Positions 1 to 23,828 of a DNA stretch of 64,000 nt are shown here, in pieces. A program made the translations under genes and the position numbers. Each line of letters begins with the position of its first letter. Position 1 is the first letter of the stretch. This stretch comes from Blastocystis sp. Blastoise. Its lineage: Eukaryota; Protista; Bigyra: Opalinata. The notes below the pieces were generated by a model. That model saw nothing but the letters and a program-made list of their open reading frames with translations. It made no database searches and was not told where the DNA came from. The stretch covers positions 1,860,001 to 1,924,000 of the forward strand of contig JBBPEB010000013.1 of assembly GCA_039096225.1 (NCBI GenBank). Reading direction: 5' to 3'.

Positions 1-1501
1 TAGAAAGAATATAGGTTGATGTATAATTAGTATCTTTATTTATATAACGATATATGGCAAGAAGAATAGAATACTGAATGAACTCAGGAGAATGTTCTAG
101 ATATATAGAAGAAGAATATATATATATGGAAGAAGAATATATATATATAGAAGAATATATATATATACCATCATATAAAGTGAGTGCATCAAAAAAGCAT
201 TTTTCAATAATAATATCAAATTCTTTAAACTCATTAAATATGGAGATTCCCGTGGGAAATAAGGATGGAGTCTAATTTATATATATATATATAGTTAATC
301 ATTTTTATATTAATATAATATATATAACGAATATAGAATAAGTAAGCATGAATAATATATACATATATATATATACAATAAGTAATTGGTGAATTGCTTG
401 AACGAATAGGGTTGAATGATATGGAGAAACTGTTACTAACGGAAGAGAAACCAGTAGTGTTTTGGACATAGTGGAAACGAGGGATTGTGTTTCAGGAGAA
501 GAGGGATAATAAGAAAGAGACTTTATTTTATATCTATATATATATAGAAAAAAAAAATAATTAAACTTATTTATATATTAAGAATACTATATATATTTAT
601 ATATAATTCTATATATAAACGAAGAATGTATTTTCAAAATAAGAAATATTAATAAAATAATAATATTCCCGTGAATAAATACATTAAGATAGGTAGCACA
701 TCAATAACTGTTTTATTCTGTTTAATATATTGTATAATCATAGACGTCGCACGTGCCTGAGTAGTAACAGAAGGAGAGAAGAGGAGAGACAGTAATAGAA
801 ATACAGGATTCTCTTCTTTAAACTATATTTATATATATATAATTAATTTATAGTAATATGTAGATAATAACATATAAAATATAAGTATTATTATAAATAA
901 TGAATGCAGATATGTTTATCATATATATATATACAGGATTCGCGGCACCAGTTGAATTATAACAATTTTCATATATATATATAGGAAGATTATTATTATC
1001 ATTACTATTATCGTTTATTAATTTCGTAGATAAAACTACATATATATATAATTATAATAGTAAATCACGTAACATAACATATATAATAATAATTATACAT
1101 ATTATGTTATAAATAAATATTTTTATACATATATAAATAATAATACACATTATGCATAAAATAGAATTATATATATATATACATTGAGTAGATTGATTAT
1201 GGTTTATATAATAATCAAGTTTATCAAGTGGCGGGAAATCAAAGAACGCGGGCATTTTAGTTGGATTGATAGGTATTTCTATATATATAGGTCAATAAAA
1301 ATATATGAATATACAATATAAATAAAACATATATATATTAATAAATATATATAAAAGACTATATATAAATCAATTGCATAAGAGTATATATACCTTGATA
1401 TATATTCATATATTCTGACAACTTTTTCAGTAATGAGACTGAATATGGCTTATTAGCAACAAAGGTTAATTGAGGTATAAATAATCCTACTACATCTATA
1501 T

Positions 1502-1535
<34 letters not shown>

Positions 1536-2688
1536 TAAATTATTGAATGAATACATAATAACAATTAAACATATATATATACTTGGTAGGTATTCTATAA
1601 ATAGTTTATATAATAAAATAGGAGATAAGTAATTAATGTATTCTTCAATATATTCTTCTGAGAATAGATATATATAAATATAAAGAAGAGAAGAAAGAAG
1701 AGGGAATATAATAGAAACGAATGAATTTAAATCATTTTGAGATTGAGGAAGAAAGCTTTTAGAACATAATATATCGTTTAAATAATGAGTAATAACCGCG
1801 GGATCAGCCATATTTGATAGAGAAACATATATAAAGCATCTGAATAGATAATATAGATATTGAATATGATTCTCCTGTGAACTAAAAACAGTATTTTTAT
1901 AACAAATAACTAAATTATATAAAATATCTTCATCAATAAAATTATCGTTTCTCCATAATAATAATATATTAGGAATTAAATTCACAAATTCTTCTTTAGA
2001 AGGAAATATTTCAGAAATAATAGTATTAAATATGAATTTTCGTTGATTTTTAAATGAATTTTCTGTTAATAATAATGTATATATATTGAAAAAAGAAGAG
2101 CAATCTTTTTCAGGGATATAATGAAAGCAATAAACAAGAAAGTTAGAGATTAATTCTGGATATTTTGATAATATAGGTATTAATATCGTCTTTTCATCTA
2201 TTTGTATATTATTTTTATTACATGCAACTATTAACGAGCATATCTATAAAAATAGGTTTAAGAGAATAAGAATTCTTGAATAAACGAATAATTTACGGGA
2301 CGAATTAGCTTCTTATAGCTATTCAGAGTTTTTTCAGTAGTAATAAAAATAGAAAAACAAGACAATATCACTTGTAAGTTAGGACTATCATTCAACTCCT
2401 GATGAATGAATACTATACAATTTATAAAACAAATGAAATAGTATACTATTAATGGACTCATCAACAACAAAACGATCATCATGAACCATCAATCTGCATA
2501 AAGTACGCACATTATCCGCATAATCAGGCGCCTCTATGTTTGTGATATATTACAAACTATAAGTAAACTAAAATACTATGACTCTTTTGCAGATGAGCAG
2601 CGAAATCTCTTAGCAATCCTCTTTTTGATAGAATACTTGGACCTTTCAATGTCTTTTCATCTATTTGGAACAGGTTTTTCCTTGACAT
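1..2688 (-). CDS. Multi-exon hypothetical protein (possibly alpha-helical HEAT/ARM-like), runs off the left edge
   Basis: ATG at 2688 gives MSRKNLFQIDEKTLKGPSILSKRGLLRDFAAHLQKSH, then GT-AG introns join further open exons (e.g. parts of ORFs 2258-2482 and 1359-1985). No diagnostic motif recognised. Confidence 0.6.
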
Positions 2689-2824
2689 TATTCACAAATT
2701 AATATAAACAAATAGAAATGGAAATTGTATCAAAGAATTGATTTCCAGTCAAAGCTGAAAAGACCTGAAAACTCAACAATCATTAATTTCTTTCTACATT
2801 ATTATATCAATATCATCCATAGTG

Positions 2825-7417
<4,593 letters not shown>

Positions 7418-7682
7418 AATATTATATATATTATCAGTCTATATATATCTGTATTCAATTATAGATTACGTAAAAATCATTTTAAAAAGAAATATTCCAT
7501 TTCTGTGTTTATTTTAAATAAATTTAAATGAGTTAAAAAAACAATAAAGTAGAAACTCAACATATTAGTGTAATTTTAGATCAATAAAAAGAAGAGAAGG
7601 AAAAGCATTTCATACAAATAGGAAATGACAAGAAAAAGTAAACAATATCAATTTAATATTTAGATATTATAAAAAATAACGT

Positions 7683-8000
7683 TTAAGGATTTGTTTTGTG
7701 AACGGGATCTGTATTTAAAAATTGTTCCATAAATTCAGGAAGAACACCAACCTTCTTAACAACATCCTTTACAACGAATGTTTTTGTAGCACTTAATCTT
7801 CTTCCAGCTGCTTCTATTAATACTTTATCTCCTAATGAGCAAACTTCATTTTCATCATGAACAGTCATTCGTTTCCTTTGTTTTATTAATTTGCCTACTT
7901 TAGCGTGCCATTTCCATGTATCAGTGACAACAACAGCTGATTTTTTCATATTTGTGGAGACAACAGTAGCCATATATTGAGGTAAACGCATAGGCGGCAT
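7683..8000 (-). CDS. MRPS17: Mitochondrial-type ribosomal protein uS17
   Basis: Intronless ORF with VVSTNMKKSAVV, HDENEVCSLGDKVLIE and RRLSATKTF, the uS17 signature. Confidence 0.9.
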   Translation of the reverse strand: MPPMRLPQYMATVVSTNMKKSAVVVTDTWKWHAKVGKLIKQRKRMTVHDENEVCSLGDKVLIEAAGRRLSATKTFVVKDVVKKVGVLPEFMEQFLNTDPVHKTNP

Positions 8001-8583
8001 GATAAATAGTCTCTAGCCAACAATAATTAGTTATTCAAAAAAATGTCAAAATTCTCCCTTTTTTTATAAACTGAATTAACCGTGATTTATGTGAGTCTTC
8101 CAGTCTTTTTTTCATTTTGTCTCATATTTATATAAAATCGATTAAAACTATGCTGATATGGAAAATACTCTTATTATTCTCTTAAAATACTTATTTTAAC
8201 ATATTACATATTATGAATATCATGTAGAAAGCATTGGAATATACAAGACGAATATTTAAAATTGTTTTTAACCTTTCCTTTCTTTATATAAGAGTCATCA
8301 TTATTATTATGATGCATCGTCTTGAATTTATATAGATTGTTTATAATAATATTTCTCATGTATTTATGAATGATTACAATAAACAAGTGTTTACAACTGA
8401 TTAAATAATATAATGTGAGCAAGAATTATTATTATGCTTTCTACGTATAAATACAAGTGATATTTACTAACAAAACAAGAATTATTTATAAAAATATCAC
8501 ACGATTATTATAACAGCAAACTGAAAAAACTAGTATTGAAGATCAATAATGATATCTGTAAATACTATATTTGTTAATTTGTT

Positions 8584-9868
8584 TTAAGAAAAGAAGCTCA
8601 TAATACTTTTTGTTTTTTTCTTATCTTTATCAGAAATTGTAGGCTTACGTTTGGTTCCTTTCTGAGGAGATTTTTCAGTTTGTTTTTCAGTAGCACTATT
8701 TTGATTATATTCCATATGTTGACTATATATAATGAATGAAAATAGGAATAAGAAAATTATAGATAAATGTTTAATAGAATAATAATATGAATAATAATAT
8801 ATAATATATACATTTCTTTATAATATAGTTCCTCATCAGTAATTCTATATATATAATTAATAATTATTATAAATACTTTAATATGAATAATTCTATATAT
8901 ATATATACTTGAGAGAATCTTTCAAATGATTGAATACGTCTTCCGATATATATATAGACATTATTTTATATGCCTCAATGAAGCACTTATGTTTTATTGA
9001 TTCATCTATATATATTTATATTATAGTAATTATTATATTCAATATAATATATATATTTATATTATACTTATTATAATATTTATTATTTTATAAAAGTTAT
9101 ATATATATAAGAAGGTCACTAAATGAATAATCATTATAATATGTATATACCATTACGGTTCTCTTCTTTATATATACCATCACGTATATTACTGTCTAAT
9201 AAAGCTATATATATATATCAAATAGAATAAAAAATATAAAAAAATATAATAATAAATAAAAACTTAAATAAACATAAATATATAATAAATAAAACATAAA
9301 TAAAACAATAATAATACTAATTAAAACAATAAATATATTCATATATATATATATACCCTGACTGACTTTATTAACTTTTTTTTCTAACCATATATATAAT
9401 TTTGATTCATTGATTCTATAAAATTTCATATCATCTCCTAAATCTTTAACATCACAAATAGCGGGTAAAGTTTTTATCAATTGGCAATTCTTAGAGAGAA
9501 GTTTTATTTCATTTCCATCTTTATCAATCAATAATTGATCTAATTGAACAAATTTTAGGTTTTTCATGAGGTATGGGATAGCAAGAAAAAGTGGATGAAT
9601 AATAGAAGCTAAATAAATTGATCCATCTTTAACAATCGTTTCATTTAAAAACCAACTATTTGGATGCACAGAAGTAGCTTTATTAACTAAAAAGAAGGTG
9701 TCATTTGTATAGAGATACTGATTTGAAGATTTATCAGTATTAAATGTTACAAATTGAAGTGTTTTGAGATCATATCCTTTATCAGGCGACTCTATTGATG
9801 AGAATAAATCAGAAAGACATATACATACCTTTTTCAATAATGAAAACGCTATTTTTAGCACTTTGCAT
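8584..9868 (-). CDS. RNASEH2B: Ribonuclease H2 subunit B
   Basis: NSWFLNETIVKDGSIYLASIIHPLFLAIPYL and FYRINESKLYIWLEKKV, with C-terminal PIP-box-like KSIMSFFS*. ATG at 9868, short first intron, frame closes across GT-AG introns. Confidence 0.88.
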
Positions 9869-10119
9869 TGATCGAGACGATAGAAAAAAGTCAATAAATG
9901 AATGAAAAAAAAAACAAAGAAATTTCTTTTTGCTTTTTCAAACAAAAAGAAATGTTTCTAAAACAAAAAACAGAAACACAATCCTCTGTTTGCGGGAAAA
10001 TGATTTCTTCATCCTGTAATTTTGATAAGAATCATTATTATTCGTTTTTATTCATTTATTCTCCACACAAGACTCAATTGATTTAATATTTTTAAATAAT
10101 ACTCTGTATTCATTCAAAA

Positions 10120-11417
<1,298 letters not shown>

Positions 11418-11840
11418 AATATATAGATATATAATGTCAATGATATTTTAGATAAACTTGCATTATTTCTTAGTATATAAAATTCTTATAATATATATGG
11501 AATTATTGTTTTTTATTAAAAAAGTGATGTTTTTCTCCAATATATTTTTTTTTGCTTTGATTCTATTATAAATTAATGATTTATTATAGTTTTTAGTTTG
11601 TGATAATGACATATATATAATGATTTAATAATTATTAGAATTCATTCGTCGTTAATAAATAGTTATAGGCGTTAAAACTTATAAATTATTGAATATATAT
11701 ATATAAATGATAATAAGACTGCAAAACAACGTGAATACTAACAACAACAAGTTAACAATAACATATACTATAAAGAATAACATATATATAAATAACGACA
11801 TGATTTTATATAGAAACAGAAAAACCCATGAAATATGACT

Positions 11841-12205
11841 TTATTCATCATCATCACTATTATTATCATCATCACTGTCTTCCATAGCATCTTCTTCTTC
11901 TTCTTCACTTTCATCATTCATATTATCACTATCATCATTATTATCATTAATATCATTATCATTATCATTACTATCATCATCATCATCACTATCATTATTA
12001 TCACTAATATTATTATCATTATCATCACTAATAGAACTATCATTATCATCTTGTTCTATTTCTATATCATCATTCTCATCACCTTCTTCGCCATGTGATT
12101 CGTTAACAAAAGTGGGGATCGCGTCACAGACAGTAATACGACCATTGATCTGACGTTTATATACAGGAGTTTCTGTATTATTAATATCCCATACCTATAT
12201 ATATA

Positions 12206-12263
<58 letters not shown>

Positions 12264-12415
12264 ATTATATATATATATACAATAATAGTACCATCAGAGC
12301 ACCCAGCAATAAGAACAGGGTCTTCTAATAAACAGTAAACAAGGGTACGCACACGGTATTTCGTGTCACAAGTATAACTGGACAACTCTCTAGGGGAGGA
12401 AAGGAAGAAGTTATA

Positions 12416-12462
<47 letters not shown>

Positions 12463-13781
12463 TTATAATATTAATATATATATACTTTTTATCTGTAATA
12501 CTATAAAGATGAATTATCTTATCGTTACCGGTAAATGCTATTTGTTCATTTTCAACATAACAGAAATCTTCTAATCCAGCTTTGTTTTCTACTTCTAAAA
12601 CTAACTATATAATAATAAGTATAAGTATAATAAGTATAATAATAAGTATAATATTATAATAAGAATAAGAAAAATAATAATATATATATACTTCTCCATC
12701 ATCAACTTTATAAACTTGAATCATTTTATTAAATAATAATGCATAACTATATATATATATAAATAATTTCTATATCAAATATATAATTGAATAATCCATA
12801 TAAAAAAATAAAATAATCACTATAAGGCTATATAACTACATATAGAATTCTATATATACAAGTCACCATCCGGACTAAATCGAACTTTAGTACATTCAGA
12901 AGGAAGTTTCTTAATAAAGGAAGGACGGCCTTTAATTAAATCCCAAAGACGGAGAGTCTTATCGGCGGACGAAGAAAGAGCCAAACGATTGGAGGGATGT
13001 ACGGATATTGATAATACAGTATCCCTAGAATAATAACGAATAAGATAGTATGAATATATATTATTAGTATATTATGAATATATAATTATGAATACTTAAA
13101 CAAAAAATAACATAGTAAATTCTTTATGAATCAAACAAATTATTAATAGCATATATATCAATAAATAATTAAATGAAATATATTTAGTATCTCAAATAAT
13201 TATTATCATATAAAACAATAATTATGAAAAATAAAAACATTTATATATATATATATACTTATGACCACCAAGTAAATGAAGTTTTAACCATTCCTTTGTT
13301 TTCCACATACAAATACTGTGATCTGCAGAACCACTGAGTACATGACCTTCACCAGCAAAAGCAAGAGCTGTAACATCACCTATAAATAGGATATAAGAGT
13401 TTATTGAATTATCAGAAAAATGTCATACCTTTATGATAAAGCATGGTTCCATCTTCTTGACCTTTCTTAAGGTTATAAATACTATTTAAAAAAAGAAATT
13501 AGATCAATTATGAAAGAAAATACTATAAATAGAGAATAGAACAATATATACCGAATAGCTTCATCAGCACCTCCAGTTAAACAGTAAGGAATATTGTGAG
13601 CAATACCACAAGTCATACAACGAACAGAACCAACATGAGAATTTGTAGCAAATTTAGGAGTCATGTCATAAGTTTCGTTATTTTTTTCTAAAAGAAAACC
13701 AACAATTTCACCATCATATCTAATTGAATATTATATTTATTTTATATAATTAATGTACTTTCCAAAGAATACAAAAGCCAT
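11841..13781 (-). CDS. WD40 protein, PAK1IP1/MAK11-like, with long acidic C-terminal tail
   Basis: MAFVFFGKYDG, SHVGSVRCM, LTGGADEAI, VLSGSADHSICMW, HPPNRLALSSSADKTLRLWDLIKGR, and an Asp/Glu-rich tail ending at stop 11841-11843. Confidence 0.8.
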
Positions 13782-14116
13782 GATTTCTATTGCTTCGGTA
13801 TTGAATAACAATGAAAACAAAATATGTTTGCTTCTTTCTTGAGAAAACAGAAAAAAAAGAATATGGGGAATAGCTTGAAATTCTGGAATAATGCAGAGAA
13901 AATCATAAATGTCGACACTTTATGCTATTTGAAAAACTCCCAGAACTTTTCTGAATCAAAACTCATATATAATAATTTCAGTTTATGACTGAGAACAACT
14001 GAATACATGAATAAAAACTTGCAAAACCTGATCAAATTCATTGTTTATCACATTTTGTGAAGACTAGTGATAATAAATAGAATTTAAGAATTGCTTAGGA
14101 AGTGAGGTCAATAAAG

Positions 14117-17362
<3,246 letters not shown>

Positions 17363-18202
17363 GGCAATAATAAAATACATAATTAATATACATATATATA
17401 TAATTACTTATATACAAATCACATATCTGTCTCCATAAAACTATATATGTTCATATATATATAAGACTTTTGAGTACAAACTACTTTTTCATCATTTTTT
17501 TAAATTAATTATTTTTTTTAATTTTCATTTATATTCATTTATCTTTTTTATACTATAATTCATTTATTTGAATTCCTTTTATACATATTTCATATTGATA
17601 TTTCTTTTATGAATTCTTATTAAATATTTTACTTTTTTTCTTCTATTTTTTGTATTTTATGTACTATTTTTTTACGGACTCATTTTATACCAGAAAATCA
17701 TTCAGATCAATTAATTATATTTTATATAAAGTCCATTACTAATGTTTTACTACAACAAATCATTTTAAATACTCGTTTCTATTAATTAATTGTGGCTTTG
17801 TCACAGAATTTTTAGGAGATGATATAGATACGCTTTCAATACTAATTTATAGTTCATTTTCTTGAGTTTGATATCGATATATATTTGAAGAATAAGAACA
17901 TCACACTTGTTTTGTATGAATAAAAGACTCTTTTTCCATCACATAAAAAGGATGCATCACATAAGAATCAAATATATGTAGATTAGATCAAAAGATCTTA
18001 TAACGAAGAGGTTTCCTCTAATATCTATTTTGAGTACTGTTAAAAAAAAGAAAAAGTAGACCCACTGACTTTTTTTCCAATTTATTTGATAGGTTGTACG
18101 AATTCCCACGGGATACGGATTGAGTGGCATACTTTTCCTGTTGGTTTACACTTTTCATGAATAGTCTATTGAGAAGATATATTATTGTAAACTATTAAAA
18201 TA

Positions 18203-19451
18203 ATGTTCGTATCTAAAATAACAAAAAAGATACCTTCTGTCAGTCGAACTCTTGTGAGAAGAGCTGAATTACAATTTTTCCGACCTTTTTCAGCCTTTAT
18301 TCCTGCTAGTACAACTTATGCTAAGACTTTCACTTTAGGAAAACGTTTCGAAAGTACTGATCCTTCAATTCACGGTAAGAAACCAGGTGCTTTTGAGTAT
18401 TATTCCAGAATTGCAAAGAATATTGCCACTGAAGGTGTGACTGTTTTAAGTGGTCCAATTCGTGTTTATAAAAAAATGGTGAAAGATGGTGACTTAGTAA
18501 AGGATCCTTATCAAATGGCAACTATTCGTTTATTACAACACTTATATGAAAAAATTGAGACTTTCTATGGTGGTATCGATTATGATCGTATTCCAGAAAA
18601 CAAAGATGAAAGTATTATTCCTACAGACCGTGTTTGTGAAGATGATCCTGAAGATCAATATGAAAATCAAGGTAAACCTCAATGGTTACTCGATCTCTTC
18701 TATCATCATGATAAAAGCGAAGGAGAAACTTGTGTCGTGAAAACTATTCGTGCTCCTAAAGGTATACATGATATTTATTATGTTTTTTTTTTTATTTATA
18801 TTATTGTGTGTGTTTTATTTGTATTTCTTTTTATTTATAAATATCATTATGTTTATTTTATTTGTATTTTTTTCTATATACATATATATAGGTACATATA
18901 TATTTGGTGTCCATGGAAGTGGGAAGTCAATAATGACGGATATATTATATGATTGTATTGACAGAGATATACCCAAGGAAAAAGTCGCATTTAATGAATT
19001 CATTTCTGAAGTTCAAAACGCCGTTCACAGATATAAAGGAGACACTAATGACGCCATTACTGCTGTTGCACGTGACATAAGTGCTAACGCTAAAGTTCTT
19101 TTCTTTGATGATTTCGATGTATATATAACATATATAATATATTGCTTTTATTCAATATATATTTATATATTTAATTTGCTTTATTATATAATTAAATTTT
19201 TTTTATTCCCCTATTTCAATAGGTAAAAGAAAAAGAAGTTGCTCTTATGGTTCAGAAGTTATTCACGGAGTTATTCCTTAGAGATGTGTGTATTATTATT
19301 ACTAGTGAATAGTATATATATATATATATATAATACATTATCTATGCTATTTATTTATAATACTCTATATATATATAGTAATCCTGATGATCTTTATAAG
19401 AATGGAGAAGACAGAGATAAATTCCTTCCTTTTATCGATCTTGTGAAACAC

Positions 19452-19526
<75 letters not shown>

Positions 19527-20518
19527 TCTAGCAATGCCCTGGTATATATATTAATAGTAATAAGGATTATAGATTTGGCGGGAAAAAGAATGCCAAAACA
19601 TTTTATACTCCTGTTTGTAAGGAAAACGACGAAAAGATTAGTATATATATAGTTCATATATATATATAATTCCTTTTCTTTATATAATGAATATTATTAT
19701 TATATGTATAATATAGATGCCTTATTAAGTCATATTAACCACGGGAATGTGATCCAATGGCAACAATCAAGTATCAAATCGGCTCAAAATAAAAAACTAG
19801 TTGTCCCCTTTAGTGATAAGTATATATATATATATATTTCAAATTCTATTATTATTATTATTATTATATTATTATTATTATTATTTTATTTTAATTTTTA
19901 TTAATTTTTATTTATCATATTCATCTTTATACATATAGTTATGTATATATTTATATAGAGGCATATGTCAATTTTTATTTAATAATATTTGCAGTAATGA
20001 CATGACAATTGGTGATTATATATCTATATGTAATAATTACCATACTCTTGTTCTTAAGAACATTCCACAGATGGATAATAGCGATCTTGACCATCTCAAG
20101 AAGTTCATTCTATTAATTGATGAATTATATGAACATAAAGTATATATATATATTTACTATTATTATTATTATTATTATTATTATATTTATTAAATATACT
20201 TATAAATATATATCTATAGGTCAAATTAATATGTACTTCAGATGTTTCTATGGATAAATTATTCATTACTAACGATACTACTCCTAAAGATGATGTATAT
20301 ATACATATATATACATCATTCAATACTTATATATTGTATTCTATTCTAATAAAATGATCAATATACATGATATGATATAAATACTTTCTATATATATATA
20401 TATATAGATTCTTGCCTTTAATCGTACTTTAAAGCGTCTTCAGGAAATGCAAACACGAAGTTATTTACAGAAACTTCATCCTCTTCAAAAGAAGAAATTA
20501 TTTGATTTCTCCTTCTAA
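18203..20518 (+). CDS. AFG1: AFG1/ZapE-family ATPase, organelle-targeted
   Basis: Presequence, DPYQMATIRLLQHL, Walker A GVHGSGKS, Walker B-like VLFFDDF, PDDLYKNG, KKFILLIDELYEHK and AFNRTLKRLQEMQT. Confidence 0.88.
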
Positions 20519-21045
20519 ATAATTTATATTTTATATCGTATTATCGTATTTATAATCTTTTTCTCTTCTTCTTGTTATTCTTATTATATACTTGTACTTA
20601 GATTTATTTCTGTATCTTTCTATATTCGTCATCTTCTTTTGAATCAATATCCATGTTCTTGAATTCTCTCTATTATCGTGATGTTTTTTTTTTTTTTTGT
20701 AAATTCAGTACTTTTAAAGTATACACTAATTAATCAAAACGATTTTATTTCAATAAAATTATGATCACAACTTTTTTATCCAGTTAATGCATTTCATATT
20801 TATTATTATTTATTTCACCAATTTGAATAAACTCTTATTTTTGTAAAAATATAAACTTTAAATAGAATCCATAATTGAATTATCATAGAAACAATCATAT
20901 TCAAAATAAATAAATAATATATATATTATATTGCTATAAAACTTACATTCTATTATAGAATATTTAAACCTTATCGTTAAAAAAATAAAACGAAAAAAAA
21001 TAGAAAATAAAAAATTCTTTTTGATTTCTTGCGCTAACACAAAGC

Positions 21046-21830
21046 ATGGTATACTTAATTTTATTCTTGACTTTTATTATTTAATCGTTTTTATATCTAG
21101 TCAGTAACATTACATACAAATTTAGGAGATATCAAAGTCGAATTATATTGTGAATTAGTTCCTAGAGCATCTGAAAACTTCTTAGCATTATGTGCATCTA
21201 ATTATTATGATGGTGCCAAATTTCATAGGTATTTACTTAGTTATTCTGTTATAATTATTATCAATCATTTATTTCCTATTTATTAAAATCTAGAAATATC
21301 AAAAAATTTATGATTCAAGGTGGTGATCCAACAGGTATGTGTCATTTATGTTATTATTGAATTCATTTATTTTATGAAATTCTATTTTATATATTTTTAG
21401 GAACTGGTAAAGGTGGAAATAGTATATGGGGAGAACCTTTCGAAGATGAATTTCATCCTTCTCTTAAAGTATGTTATGATTAGCATTCTATAATGCACAA
21501 CTATTATTTTTCATATATATATATTTATATAATAATGATATTTTTTCTATGTATATATATATATTCAAAATTAATATTTTTTTATAGCATAATAGACGAG
21601 GTATGTTAAGTATGTCAAATAAGGGACCAAATACAAACCGTTCTCAGTTCTTCTTTACATATAGTTCTCAACCTCACTTAGATAATGTCTATACTTTATT
21701 TGGTCACATTATATATGGGATGGATGTTTTAGATATAATGGAAAAGGCTCCAGTAGATGCTAAGAATCATCCAGTTGAAGATATTATTATAAAGAACGTT
21801 ACCATTCATGCCAATCCATTTGCAAAGTAA
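21046..21830 (+). CDS. PPIL3: Cyclophilin-type PPIase, PPIL3/Cyp10-like (first exon is ATG only)
   Basis: MSVTLHTNLGDIKVELYCELVPRASENFLALCASNYYDG, FMIQGGDPTGTGKGG, SQFFFTY and VTIHANPFAK*. Confidence 0.92.
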
Positions 21831-21860
21831 TTTATTTTTCAATAAATATGTATATATTGT

Positions 21861-21868
21861 TGTTTGTT
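21861..21868 (+). promoter_or_regulatory. TGTTTGTT downstream polyadenylation-associated element (also at 46586-46593 on + and 23759-23766 on -)
   Basis: Exact TGTTTGTT lies ~30-65 nt after the stop codons of three genes. It matches the motif known downstream of Blastocystis poly(A) sites. Confidence 0.6.
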
Positions 21869-22452
21869 ATACTCTTTACATGAATATATGTACTTAAAAA
21901 CATTGTTTTATTGATATAAGTTAGAAAAATAATCAAAAAAATGAGATTAATAGAAATAAACGTTTTTTCTTTACAAAATCTTTTTCTCTTTTCAAATATT
22001 TGGGTTTCTTCATACAACATCTCTATAAAAACATTAAAATATATAGGTTATGTTCTACATTCGACTTTAAGTTTATAAATATGTTTTATTCTTTTAAAGT
22101 CATCAATGATGGGTTGATCATCCATAAAATTGTTTTTTATTTTTTCTTGTATAATGGAAATCATTATAAATAATGATGGCTTGATAGAATAATAATGTAA
22201 TCTTTGGTAAGAGACAAAAACACGTCATCCTCAATTAGATTAAACTCGTTATTCATATGTATTTTTAAATATCTATAGTATACTTTATAATTCATAGTAC
22301 CAAGAACTATATATAATGAAATATTAAAGTATTGTGTGATAAAACAATAAAATACGAAAAATTCTACTGACTTTTAGTCTAGCCAACTAAAGTTGGTTTT
22401 TCATTATTTTCATAATTACCTTTTTTTTTTGGTTGTTGCTTTTTTTTCCAAG

Positions 22453-23610
22453 ATGGAGATTAATATGAAATACGTAAGTTTGTTGCTACTTGTATTCTTT
22501 ACAAGTGCACAAATATTATGTATGAGATATGCTAGAACATTATCTGGAGAAAAATATAATTCGACTACTGCTGTCTTAATGGGTGAAGTTATGAAAATTA
22601 TATTTTCATTTATGTTACTTTCAATTCAAGAAAAGTCTCCTGTTCGTGCTTTTAAGTCATTAAAGAATAATGCTCAAAATGAGGGAATTGATGTGTTAAA
22701 GAATGCTGTTCCTGCTTTATTATATACGATTCAGAATAATTGTTTGTATATAGCTATATCCCATCTTGATGCTGCAGTTTTTCAGGTAACTTCTCAAATA
22801 AAGTTACTTACTGCAGCTATTTTTTCTGTTTTATTTCTCAAGAAGACTATTACTTATCAACAATGGTTTAGTCTTCTCATTTTAGCTTCTGGTGTTATTC
22901 TCGTTCAATATGATCAAGGAAATAATAAAACTCAAGGTAGTGGGAATTTCCTTGTTGGTTTGATAGCTATCTTAATATCTTCTGTAACTTCCGGATTTGC
23001 AGGTGTATATATGGAAAAATTATTTAAAGATTCAAAATATTCTATTTGGACACGTAATTTCTGGTTAGCTTTTTGGAGTTTATTAGTAGGTTTCATTACC
23101 TTATTAATACAAGATTGTACATTATTAGTACCTAAATATTTCTTTAAAGGTTATACTATTTGGGCATGGTTAGCTATTTTCTTATTAGCTATAGGAGGAT
23201 TGATTATTGCTATGGTGCTGAAATATGCTGATAATATCTTAAAAGCATTTGGTAATTCTGCATCTATTTTAATTTCTTCTATTGTATCTGTATATCTCTT
23301 CAATTTTGTCATTACAAAACCATTTATTATTGGTGGTTGTCTTGTAGCTATTGCTACTATTCTGTATAGTTATGGTGCTACTCGAGTTATTCAATATACT
23401 CCTGTTGTTACTCAAGAAACAGAACAAGTAACATTACTTCCTGAGACTACAGTTGTGGATACTAATGAATCTACACAAGAGAATCCTGAAACTACTTCGA
23501 CTTCTCTTCTTCCTGTAACTGCTTCGACTTCTCTTCTTCCTGGACCTCCTTCTAAACCTGTTGAGTCACCTCAAGAACAAACTACTACTACTACCACCAC
23601 ACAACAATAA
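22453..23610 (+). CDS. Nucleotide-sugar transporter, SLC35A family (UDP-Gal/UDP-GlcNAc/CMP-sialic acid type)
   Basis: Intronless. AVPALLYTIQNN, FQVTSQIKLLTAAIF, SGFAGVYMEK and KYADNILKAF, with a Thr/Pro-rich tail. Confidence 0.92.
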   Translation: MEINMKYVSLLLLVFFTSAQILCMRYARTLSGEKYNSTTAVLMGEVMKIIFSFMLLSIQEKSPVRAFKSLKNNAQNEGIDVLKNAVPALLYTIQNNCLYIAISHLDAAVFQVTSQIKLLTAAIFSVLFLKKTITYQQWFSLLILASGVILVQYDQGNNKTQGSGNFLVGLIAILISSVTSGFAGVYMEKLFKDSKYSIWTRNFWLAFWSLLVGFITLLIQDCTLLVPKYFFKGYTIWAWLAIFLLAIGGLIIAMVLKYADNILKAFGNSASILISSIVSVYLFNFVITKPFIIGGCLVAIATILYSYGATRVIQYTPVVTQETEQVTLLPETTVVDTNESTQENPETTSTSLLPVTASTSLLPGPPSKPVESPQEQTTTTTTTQQ

Positions 23611-23828
23611 TCAAATTATTATTATTTTTTTTTAGTTTTCAAGTCATATTATATATTTTGTATAAAAAAGTTTAAATATGTTTTGTTGTTATTTAACAAT
23701 ATATAGAATAAAACAAAATGAATATATTTTAATAATTATATATATTATTACATAACACAACAAACAGATATGTTAAATGTTAAAAAAAGAGTATAGAAAA
23801 AGGTATATAATTGTATAGTTTAAATAGG

